Below are positions 56,114-64,000 of a stretch of 64,000 nucleotides of DNA, in pieces; the stretch's first letter is position 1, and each line of letters begins with the position of its first letter. The stretch comes from an uncultured virus (IMG/VR IMGVR_UViG_3300013121_000030) (lineage: Duplodnaviria > Heunggongvirae > Uroviricota > Caudoviricetes): the IMG/VR virus record IMGVR_UViG_3300013121_000030, positions 96,001 through 160,000 of that record; one strand, 5' to 3'. The position numbers were made by a program, and so were the translations under genes. A model generated the notes under the pieces. The model searched no databases. It saw only the letters and a program-made list of their open reading frames with translations, and was not told the origin of the DNA.

Positions 56114-56575
56114 ATGATCCTCACCTACCCAGACCCCATCCTGGGGAAAAAGATGCCGACGCGAACCCCTCAGGACTTGGGGGGTCTCTCGTCGCGCATG
56201 CTCTTGGAAATGTTCAGGTCAGGAGGGGTGGGCCTTGCGGCTCCTCAAGTTGGGGAGGAGTACCGTCTCTTCGTGGCAGATCCAGAAGTCGTGGGCCGGG
56301 GGGTGTTCTTCAATCCCGTTCTGATCGAGCAGTCTCCCGCGGGATTGATTGGGTCCGAAGGATGTCTCTCACTGCCCGGGGTTTGTCTGGAGGTGAAGCG
56401 CCCAGAGTGGATTGTCGTCCGCTTCATGGACGACAAGGGAACTGAGTCTGAAGAGAGATTCCACGGGTTCCCAGCCAGGGTGATTCTCCATGAGATGGAC
56501 CATCTGGATGGGGTCCTCATCTTGGATCGGGTCCACGCACTCAAGAGGCAGCGAGTTCTGCGCAAGCTTCGCTAG
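56114..56575 (+). CDS. def: peptide deformylase
   Basis: GVGLAAPQ, EGCLS, HEMDHL.G motifs. Confidence 0.95.
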   Translation: MILTYPDPILGKKMPTRTPQDLGGLSSRMLLEMFRSGGVGLAAPQVGEEYRLFVADPEVVGRGVFFNPVLIEQSPAGLIGSEGCLSLPGVCLEVKRPEWIVVRFMDDKGTESEERFHGFPARVILHEMDHLDGVLILDRVHALKRQRVLRKLR

Positions 56576-59500
56576 GTCTTTGTTCCAGGTGCCTTGGACA
56601 CGGAGTCCAGGCGAGTGGCCTGCGTCGATTCCGCGGTGACAAACAGCTCCGAGCTGTAGGCATTGCCCGGATCCTCGGGATTGATCCCTTCCACTGCAAT
56701 AAAGTCCGTCCTGGAGTAGGCTTCCAGGAGGACGTCTGCGAGGGATCCTCGGCATACACAGGAGGTGCCATCGGCACTATGGATGTGCCCTGTGATGTCT
56801 GAGAGTTGGTAGGCGACGTTTGCGATGGTCGTCTTGAAAGCTCCGCTGAGGGCGTAGTTGGCTGCAAAGTTCGAGAAGTTGTTCTCAAACTGCGTATTGG
56901 ACACATCCCATCCAGCAGCCTGGATGAGATTGGGGTTGTCGCCATTGACGGACAGGAGTTCATTGAGCGCCTGTTGGCCACGAGGATTGCGAGACAATTC
57001 CTCAGCCACACGTCGGATCTCAGCGAAGGATTCCGCTTCGGAAGTTTGGCGCCTCTTGAACTCTTCGGGGACTTCCGCTCCCACAAGGGCCTCACCCGTC
57101 AAGCTCTCTTGGATAGCTCGTGCTGCAGCAGTTGCGGCCTGTTCGGCGGTTTGCGCAATCCCACGTAGCGGAGCAAAGGCTGCCCTCTCAGATTTGACTG
57201 TGGTGAGAGCTTGGAGGAACAGTTCTGCTGTTTGAGCACTTACCCCCGAGAATGGGTCCCCGCCTTCGTGGACAAAAGAGAAGGTCCCTCCTGGGTCCAC
57301 ACTCAGCCCACGGCCGTAGCGGTATGCCCCATAGTGTTCGTAGCCCTTCTCGTCAGAGACTGGGAACACGGGCACATGAATAGGACGTTCGATCTTCCCG
57401 GGATACGAAGTCTTCTCCAGGGTGGCATCGGCTTCTACTTGGAGAGTTCCTGGGGATCCCGTGGAGATCTCGATAAGTTGATTGAAGACCTGAGTTAGCT
57501 CCCCCAGCCTGGATTGCTTGTTTTCCGCGGGAGTGGAGGCTTCCTGCAAGCTCAATGTGAACCCTGAGCTGATAACGCTTGTGATGGCCTGAGCATAACC
57601 TGAGGCGACCTTTTCGTAGGTCGCAGAGAGACTTTGTCCGTCCGCAGCAGAGCGTCCTGTGGATCCGTATCCTGGAACTGAGGACAAAAGGGAGAATGAT
57701 GTTGTGGATATTGGGATAGCGGTGATGCCGGGAAAGACAGGAGCTAGGAAATCAGGAACAGCGGGAGAATCAATTGCAGCAGAAAAGCTGGGGATTTTGA
57801 GTGTGCGAGTCCCAGTCTGTAGACCTTGCCTCCACACAGGGATTTCGATGGACTCCAGACGAGTCTTTTTTTCTTCGTAGAGAGATTTGAAGACATCAGA
57901 CGGCGTTTGGGAGGGGTCCTGAACAGCCTGCCCAGCTTCCATGAAGGAAGCCACTGTGCTCGTAAAAAGCGCCTGTGCGTCCAAGGTCAGTCGACCCGAT
58001 CCCACTGAATTTCCCAGCACATCGGAGAATTTTGAGGCACTGAATCGAGCAAAGGAGAGAGTCTGGATCTGATCCGTGGAGATGGGGCGGGGAGGGTGTC
58101 CAGGCCCCTGGGCGATGTTGATCCCCGATGTGCAGGAACCTAATCCCAACTCTGCCTCTGGAAACCTAAGTTTGGGGCTGGGGCGGGAAACTGTGGGTTT
58201 GAATTGGATGACTGTTCGAGGAGGGATTGTGATGTCCTGAGTTTTGATGCTGGGAGATGTCGAAGCTTCAGGGGGAGTGGAGATTGTTTTGGGGGTTGAG
58301 GGAGGCGCGGGAGGTGGCACTTCCTGAGTGGGATCCACACCAAAGAGCTTCTGAACAAGGCTGTCCACCTTGGTCCCTGGGAGCTGAAGAAGAGATTGTT
58401 CGGGGACCAAGGAGTTCATAAATGACACTCCTTGGTCCAGACTGAGCCCGGCCCCATTGATAAGGCCACGGAGGAATCTGCCTGCCTGGTTTAGTCCTTG
58501 CCCCTTGATCTGATCGACCGAGAAATTCTCAGTAAAGCGGAGCTTGGCGGGTCGTGTGGAATCGTCAACAAGGATGGATCGGGCTTCGTCAGAACTCCAC
58601 TTTTTGGAGGCATATTTCTTTTTGATTGCGGCTTGCAGAAGATTTAGTCCACCCACAGCACGCCGGAAGTTGAGCCATGTTCGGTCCTGAGCGGGCAGCT
58701 TCTTCCAGAGTGGGCTCTGAAGAGTTCTTTTCGCGGCCGCGGCGAATGCCGCAGTGGCGAAGGTGGGGTCCAACTGGGATTGTTGGGGATCCATAGAGGT
58801 GTATTGGCCCTTGGCATAGGCCGACATGGAGGAGGTGGCTACGAGCTGGTACCACCCAGCGGCACCCAATTCGCCCCAATGCTCCGGATCTCCAATGTAG
58901 GGGTTGTCGCCGAACTTCTTCTTGAACTGTGCAGAGACCTTTTTGGCCCGATCTGGTTTGATGTTCTTGGTACCTGTGCCCCCAATGAGAGCAGCGACAT
59001 CCTTCCCGAGGGCAGGATTGGATGCATTTGAGTTGAAGTTGGACTCCTCCTGGATGAAGGCTAGGGCAAAAATAGTCCAACCCTGGATGTTGTAGGCAGT
59101 TTCAATGGCTCCATTGAGAGCTTCCGCAAGCTTCTTCAGTGCGCTCTTTCTGCTCGGAGTAGGCTTGGTGGTGGCTTTTGTCCCTGAGGTGACAGGCTCT
59201 CCAATGGATGCTGGGGTTGGGGCAGGTCGTTCGCCGTCATCCCAGATGAGGATCGGTTGACCTTGCATGGTGGGGTCTGGGTGAGCTGAGGAGTAGTAGC
59301 GGTACCTCCCAGGCAAGCCCTCTGCCAGGTATTGGGACTTGAGATGCATGAGGGACTCGAAGTATGCCGCAGTGACATCGGCCCCATCTGCCCCTGCCAG
59401 CTTGCGTCGTTGGGGACTTCCCTTGAAGCGCTGGAGTGCTGAGAAGAGTTGGAGGAGGAGGTTGCGGTTGCTCCCCTCGGAACTTGTGAAGGTGTCCAGA

Positions 59501-61830
59501 TCACCCTGGCTTGATTCCAGGCTTCGCGCCAAGAGGTTTTCCTCTTGACGGAGAGAATCGATTGTCTGGTTTGTGGAGATGGTTCCTGTGGTCTTGGATT
59601 CCACCGTTGCGAACTTGTTGTCACGTTCAATCGCCGTTGCGACCTCTGCACGCTTCTGGGACAGATCACGCTCCAAGTTTTGGACGCGGTTTCTCAAGGA
59701 CTGGAGGTCCGAGAAACTGGCGTAGAGATCATCCAGTCCAAATTCCAGAAAATCTTCAGGGTTGGGCCCTGTCTGGAGGCGGTAGCGGATCTCCTCTGTG
59801 GGGACAGTTGCTCGGATTTTCCCATCCGGGTCCGCGAAGGTTGGCGCTACCTGAAGCACTGCAGGAGTGAGGTTGGCGATGTCCTCACGAAGGGAGTTGA
59901 AGAGAATCCGAACGTCCTCAATGCTCCCCAAATAGTCGATGCCTGCCCCCACAGGGAAGAAGGAAGGGTTGGCCTTGGTGGGGTCAAGCGCCATTACGAC
60001 ATTGGGGAATCCCACATAGCGAAGGATGTTGTTTTCGTATACTTCAAGGGGCCTGGAAGGTAGGTCAGGGCGATCCAACCGGATCTTCCAGATGGCGCTC
60101 TCACCAGGTTTGGGTTTTTCAGAGAATCCAGGGGCGAAGAACTTGCTCCGGCGGCATGTCAGGGTCAGGGAGGTGGTGCAGGAGCCACCAAATGAGAAGC
60201 TGTGGCTGATCTGAGTGATGTAGTAGTAGGTGTCGATGAAAGGGATGTAGACTGGATATCCGGGACGCAGCTCCGGCCGGATGGGGATTGTGCAGGTTGC
60301 GCTGAAGACATCGATATTCAACAAGTCTAGCCTCGCCATGCCAATATAAAAGAGCATGCGCGGGTCTGTGGTGTAGGAGATGTCCAAGCTTGCTTGGCGC
60401 CACCCAAAGCGGGACACGAGCTTGTAGTCCACATAAACGGATCGTTTGGCCGTTGCTCCATCATTGGGGACGATATCAGTCCACCCCTTGAACCATGTGC
60501 CGCGGACGTTGATATAGGTTGCCTGAGGCTCCTTCTCTGAAGGAGCGAAGGAGATGATCTCTTGGTCTTCGAGGCGGTATATGGGATTGGTGCTCGTATC
60601 CAGGTTGTAGAATGGGGGCTTGAAGACCAGGTCTCCGTCAACATCTTGGTAGAACTCGTAGCCAGTTATCTCCGTGACTGCATTGACGATGTCCAATTTG
60701 GTCTGGTAGGTGGTCTCAAAAAGATTGATGGTGCCAACTTCACCCATGCTCTGGTTGAAGGCAAACATGTCCAACATGTTGAGGCCTACAAGTTCTGTTC
60801 CTTCCGTAGCAAAATTTGCATAGGTGACGTCGATTCCTCCTCCAGACAACCCCAGCGACTTGGCGATGGAGAAGTTTGTTGAGAATGGGTCAGTCTCAGA
60901 TCTCTGCCCTTTGGGGTCCCCGTATTGGGTGCTGGGCAATAGGTTCTGGAGGTCTCGGTTGGAAGCTGACCCTAGATAGGCTTGTTGGACGCTGTTGAAA
61001 ATACGCCCATTGACACCATACATGCGGAGGTTTTGGACCCTGGTCTTGAATCTCTGCTCCCAGTACAGAGCCACAGCATCATAGAGCTGGCGTCCTCCGT
61101 CAGAGGCAGCAGCCGCCAGTCCTCCAGCAGAGGCATCCACATTGGATTGTCCCGAGAGGGCGAATTCCACCCCCGCTGCGGCACCTGCGGTGTCACGATA
61201 GAGGGTGTACATGATCCCGAAGGGATGCATGTTGTTGAAGGTATGGCCAAAAAGAGTGGGTCGACTGGGGTCGTTGGTGGGTTTTTGGGCGAGGTGGGCA
61301 GCGGATGTAGAAATGTTGACGTACTGCCAGAAGTGCAAGAGGCTACTGCACGAGAAGCTCCCCGTGTAATTCCCGTCCGAATACTCAGGGCCCGAGACGT
61401 TGGTGATGACCCCGTGAAATACGGGGTAGTATGGGTAGGTCACCCATTTTGTGGGATCCGTTTCTGGGGAGCCGAGGTCTTCGGCTTGGAAACGGTCGAA
61501 AGCACCACGGAGGGGGAAATATCCCCTCATGTAGATGTTGACCTCAAGCCCCGGACGGATGATGAAGTGCCCGTCCCGGAAGAGCTGTTGGCCTTGTGTC
61601 CTTGGCAGGGACAGACTCACATTGGCGGTGTGGCTTGTAGCATCGGTCCCAGCATCCACACTTATGGATGTGATGAAGCGTTGGATTTCAATCCGGCCTC
61701 GACAGTTGACGCAACCAGGTAGAGAGGTATCTCCGTTGAGGAACACCAAAGCGTCTGGGGTGTACTTGACAGCAGGTTTGAGGTTGAAGCGCCAATTACC
61801 GCTGTACGCGCTCTGGTCAATGGAACTCAT
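56572..61830 (-). CDS. baseplate hub/tail-associated protein with inserted lysozyme/SLT-like domain
   Basis: GYEFYQDVDGDLVFKPP, TIPIRPELRPGYPVY...YYI..ISH hub motifs; central EESNFN...G.YQL...DP. Confidence 0.7.
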   Translation of the reverse strand: MSSIDQSAYSGNWRFNLKPAVKYTPDALVFLNGDTSLPGCVNCRGRIEIQRFITSISVDAGTDATSHTANVSLSLPRTQGQQLFRDGHFIIRPGLEVNIYMRGYFPLRGAFDRFQAEDLGSPETDPTKWVTYPYYPVFHGVITNVSGPEYSDGNYTGSFSCSSLLHFWQYVNISTSAAHLAQKPTNDPSRPTLFGHTFNNMHPFGIMYTLYRDTAGAAAGVEFALSGQSNVDASAGGLAAAASDGGRQLYDAVALYWEQRFKTRVQNLRMYGVNGRIFNSVQQAYLGSASNRDLQNLLPSTQYGDPKGQRSETDPFSTNFSIAKSLGLSGGGIDVTYANFATEGTELVGLNMLDMFAFNQSMGEVGTINLFETTYQTKLDIVNAVTEITGYEFYQDVDGDLVFKPPFYNLDTSTNPIYRLEDQEIISFAPSEKEPQATYINVRGTWFKGWTDIVPNDGATAKRSVYVDYKLVSRFGWRQASLDISYTTDPRMLFYIGMARLDLLNIDVFSATCTIPIRPELRPGYPVYIPFIDTYYYITQISHSFSFGGSCTTSLTLTCRRSKFFAPGFSEKPKPGESAIWKIRLDRPDLPSRPLEVYENNILRYVGFPNVVMALDPTKANPSFFPVGAGIDYLGSIEDVRILFNSLREDIANLTPAVLQVAPTFADPDGKIRATVPTEEIRYRLQTGPNPEDFLEFGLDDLYASFSDLQSLRNRVQNLERDLSQKRAEVATAIERDNKFATVESKTTGTISTNQTIDSLRQEENLLARSLESSQGDLDTFTSSEGSNRNLLLQLFSALQRFKGSPQRRKLAGADGADVTAAYFESLMHLKSQYLAEGLPGRYRYYSSAHPDPTMQGQPILIWDDGERPAPTPASIGEPVTSGTKATTKPTPSRKSALKKLAEALNGAIETAYNIQGWTIFALAFIQEESNFNSNASNPALGKDVAALIGGTGTKNIKPDRAKKVSAQFKKKFGDNPYIGDPEHWGELGAAGWYQLVATSSMSAYAKGQYTSMDPQQSQLDPTFATAAFAAAAKRTLQSPLWKKLPAQDRTWLNFRRAVGGLNLLQAAIKKKYASKKWSSDEARSILVDDSTRPAKLRFTENFSVDQIKGQGLNQAGRFLRGLINGAGLSLDQGVSFMNSLVPEQSLLQLPGTKVDSLVQKLFGVDPTQEVPPPAPPSTPKTISTPPEASTSPSIKTQDITIPPRTVIQFKPTVSRPSPKLRFPEAELGLGSCTSGINIAQGPGHPPRPISTDQIQTLSFARFSASKFSDVLGNSVGSGRLTLDAQALFTSTVASFMEAGQAVQDPSQTPSDVFKSLYEEKKTRLESIEIPVWRQGLQTGTRTLKIPSFSAAIDSPAVPDFLAPVFPGITAIPISTTSFSLLSSVPGYGSTGRSAADGQSLSATYEKVASGYAQAITSVISSGFTLSLQEASTPAENKQSRLGELTQVFNQLIEISTGSPGTLQVEADATLEKTSYPGKIERPIHVPVFPVSDEKGYEHYGAYRYGRGLSVDPGGTFSFVHEGGDPFSGVSAQTAELFLQALTTVKSERAAFAPLRGIAQTAEQAATAAARAIQESLTGEALVGAEVPEEFKRRQTSEAESFAEIRRVAEELSRNPRGQQALNELLSVNGDNPNLIQAAGWDVSNTQFENNFSNFAANYALSGAFKTTIANVAYQLSDITGHIHSADGTSCVCRGSLADVLLEAYSRTDFIAVEGINPEDPGNAYSSELFVTAESTQATRLDSVSKAPGTKT

Positions 61831-61882
61831 GTGGGCACTCTACAAAGGAGGTGCGGTATAGAGTGTTTGGGGAGGTCCTTAC

Positions 61883-62512
61883 GTGTTCCGCAGCGCCTTC
61901 AACTCGCCCGCAGATGAATTTTTGGGTCAAGGGAAACGACCCGTGGTGTTCGATGTCGTGTCTTCAGACCGGGTTACCTCGGTCCTTCCTGAGGGCTTAA
62001 AAATGGTCCTCCACGTCAACCCTAAAACCATGTCTTTTTCCTACTCCAAACAGATCGAGAGGGTGGCGACGCGGGGTGGGTTTGTGGAGTTTCACTGGGG
62101 GGATGCCTCAGAACAAATCACTTTTGACATGGCGACCGGCGGGTTTATGCGCTTGTACAGCGGCTTGTCCAACGTCACCGCCCCTCAGGGACGCAGACAG
62201 ACATTGGCGTACCAAAAATTTGTGGACTTTTTGGCCCTGTTCCACTGCAACGGGGCGTTGTTTGATAGCCGGGGGAACATCATCCATCAAAACTACATCA
62301 AGTGCTCCTTTGATGGAGGTGTTTACGTAGGTTGGTTTGATGGGGGCCTGACTGTCACAGAAGCAGCCGACTCCCCTTACCAATTCACAGTCTCTGCGAC
62401 CTTCATCATCGACAAGGAGGAGATGGTGTTCCGGTCATCGGTGGCTCCGTCCTCGCCAGGGGTAAACACAGAGGGACCTCCTTCAGGGGCCCAAAAGTTC
62501 CTGGGCCCATAA
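61883..62512 (+). CDS. putative baseplate/tail-tube-initiator-like protein
   Basis: LHVNP.TM..SY.K.I....TRGG.VE.HWG...FDGG.Y.G.F...E.ADSPYQF pattern. Confidence 0.6.
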   Translation: MFRSAFNSPADEFLGQGKRPVVFDVVSSDRVTSVLPEGLKMVLHVNPKTMSFSYSKQIERVATRGGFVEFHWGDASEQITFDMATGGFMRLYSGLSNVTAPQGRRQTLAYQKFVDFLALFHCNGALFDSRGNIIHQNYIKCSFDGGVYVGWFDGGLTVTEAADSPYQFTVSATFIIDKEEMVFRSSVAPSSPGVNTEGPPSGAQKFLGP

Positions 62513-62536
62513 GTCTTCAATAGATAAGGCAGGACG

Positions 62537-63586
62537 ATGCCTGTTTCACGACGATTTACCCAACCTGCGATTTCGATTCTCCGTCGTATGGAGACGGAGA
62601 GATTTTTTGAAGATGTGTCTTATGCGGAGCTGCTACGTGCGGTTGGGGAGATCGGAGCGAGCCTCCACATCTCATCTCCAGAGTTGTTTCGATTGGCAGA
62701 CAAAGTTGAGGGTTCTCGTGGGGGCCATGAAAGGGAGGAGCACGACGATGTGCGGTCTCTCTACGCACGTGTCGAAGCCAATCTGGCCCATCGCTATCTG
62801 TGCGAGCAGGTAGCTCGGGGCACTTCTCCGAGAGGGCAGGGGAGGGTAGCTTCAGGACAACAGCATCGATTGGTCGTGTCCTTTCTGGAGGCTATGCCTC
62901 ACCAGGCGGGATTAGGGACCCTGATTCAGAAGGCCAGGGATCTGTGGGCCTTGGTACGAAGTGCGCCTCGGCTGTGGGAAGCACTGAAGAAATCCCTCGG
63001 GGCGGAGTCCCTGGAAGAGCTGCCGGCAATACTCAAGGAGTGGGCAGCAAAGGGCATGGCAGTGTTGAGGAGAGGGGTGGATAAGTTATCCAAATCCTTC
63101 CCGGCAGCGCTATACTTGGTCCCGAAGGACAAGATGCCTTCAATTTCGGATCTTCTCCAGAGGATCCTTGGGTCTTCTCCAAAGGTTGAGGCCGCCTTCA
63201 GGACCTTGAACACCAAAGTGGTTGCCCCTTTGGATACGTGGATGGCAAAGGCAATCCCCAACCTCTCCCGGCCCTTGAAAGCCGCTGTCTTCATTTGGAT
63301 CTGGCTGAATGTGGCGGAAGTCTCATGGGACTTCAAGTCTATCATGGAGGGCTTTACGGGAGCGATGTCATTGGGTGACATTCTCTCATCGTTACCTGAG
63401 AGTGGTGTAGGGGCGATTCTGGCTGCCTTCGGTGTTGGGTATCACCTTCTTCCAGTTGCGGTTGTGGCTCGAATCTTGTGGCTTGTGGCTTCCAAGTTTG
63501 TGTCCTGGAAGGATGGGAAGCTGGTTGTTCACTGGAGCCGGATTTCCGGAGAGAAGAAGGCAGACGAAGCCTTGGCTGTTCTGTAG
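62537..63586 (+). CDS. putative virion protein with hydrophobic C-terminus
   Basis: NLAHRYL and GRVASG motifs; C-terminal TM-like segments. Confidence 0.6.
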   Translation: MPVSRRFTQPAISILRRMETERFFEDVSYAELLRAVGEIGASLHISSPELFRLADKVEGSRGGHEREEHDDVRSLYARVEANLAHRYLCEQVARGTSPRGQGRVASGQQHRLVVSFLEAMPHQAGLGTLIQKARDLWALVRSAPRLWEALKKSLGAESLEELPAILKEWAAKGMAVLRRGVDKLSKSFPAALYLVPKDKMPSISDLLQRILGSSPKVEAAFRTLNTKVVAPLDTWMAKAIPNLSRPLKAAVFIWIWLNVAEVSWDFKSIMEGFTGAMSLGDILSSLPESGVGAILAAFGVGYHLLPVAVVARILWLVASKFVSWKDGKLVVHWSRISGEKKADEALAVL

Positions 63587-63603
63587 GGGTATAAGGGTGC
63601 GTT

Positions 63604-64000
63604 ATGCGCTATCGTTGGCAGGTGAAGGTTCAGCTTTCGGGGCAAACCTGGTGGCTCCTAGACAAGAGTGCGGAAGAGGTGGGCCCAGAAGTTGAGGGAA
63701 AGCCTTATGCGCTGCCCAGCCTCAAGACTCCGCATTCATTCAAAGTGGTAGACCTTGAGACTGGTCTGCCAGTCCTCCAAGGAGAGATGCCTCCCGCCAA
63801 GGGTGTGGGAGGTTTCCGATTTTTGGAGTTTGTGTTGTCAGAGGGCAACTTTAGCTTGAAGATTTTTCGTCTCACTGGGTGGACCCTTCGGGAGGTAGGA
63901 GACTTCCGACTGGAGCCGAGGACCCCACGTCCCATTGTAACGGTCTCCAAGATCGTGGGGGAGGAAGGGACCCCAGCTCCAACAAAGACTCCTATTCCAT
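63604..64000 (+). CDS. hypothetical protein, 3'-truncated by window edge
   Basis: Open frame MRYRWQVKV... to the window end; GGGTAT 11 nt upstream. Confidence 0.55.
   Translation, partial: MRYRWQVKVQLSGQTWWLLDKSAEEVGPEVEGKPYALPSLKTPHSFKVVDLETGLPVLQGEMPPAKGVGGFRFLEFVLSEGNFSLKIFRLTGWTLREVGDFRLEPRTPRPIVTVSKIVGEEGTPAPTKTPIP

Noticed and set aside
63705-63950. Minus-strand 81-aa ORF
   Set aside because: It is antisense to an open + frame from ATG 63604 that has a class B promoter motif.
1-64000. CRISPR array or cas operon (prompted by the Cas4-like nuclease)
   Set aside because: No regularly spaced repeat-spacer array or other cas genes were seen; the nuclease sits in a recombination operon.
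1-64000. Stop-codon reassignment
   Set aside because: Conserved genes are full length in code 11, all three stops are used and no suppressor tRNA was found.
1-64000. Bacterial chromosome or prophage interpretation
   Set aside because: No integrase, rRNA or host operon structure; dense hypothetical genes, divergent replication genes and tail/baseplate-type genes fit a large phage better.

Overview
This 64-kb window reads as part of a large (jumbo-type) tailed-phage genome in standard genetic code. The host is inferred to be a Myxococcota/Nannocystis-like bacterium, from Thr/Ser-rich Cys-repeat lipoproteins and a KAPK-repeat DNA-binding protein. 1-24 kb: accessory/host-takeover region with 7 tRNAs, IF-1, an EF-Ts N-terminal-like domain, NadD-like adenylyltransferase, lipoproteins, GIY-YIG and HNH nucleases, a C39 peptidase, a CobT-like vWA protein and topoisomerase IB. 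About 24-24.8 kb: AT-rich repeat tract at an apparent strand-skew switch (candidate replication origin). 25-49 kb: co-oriented replication/recombination module with HolB, HolA, class II RNR carrying two inteins, RecD2, SSB-like, RuvC, RecA, a split SbcC/Rad50 plus SbcD, a Cas4-like nuclease, beta clamp, Toprim primase, DnaX, NusG-like and tandem sigma-r4 proteins. 49-64 kb: virion/structural genes, Dps-like protein, peptide deformylase and a baseplate-hub-like protein with a lysozyme-like insert. The strongest unexplained signals are: (i) a bipartite promoter RTGTAW-N13-GTG(C/T)TA.. found 8 times, mostly giving leaderless mRNAs, plus a second GGGTAT-N7-11-ATG leaderless class, alongside phage translation factors; (ii) two ORFs whose stop codons lie inside tRNA genes; (iii) Rad50/SbcC split at the zinc hook; (iv) a recurrent [KR][KR]xA / RxAxR motif on virion-like proteins and several enzymes. 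All calls are from manual motif reading; no searches were run.
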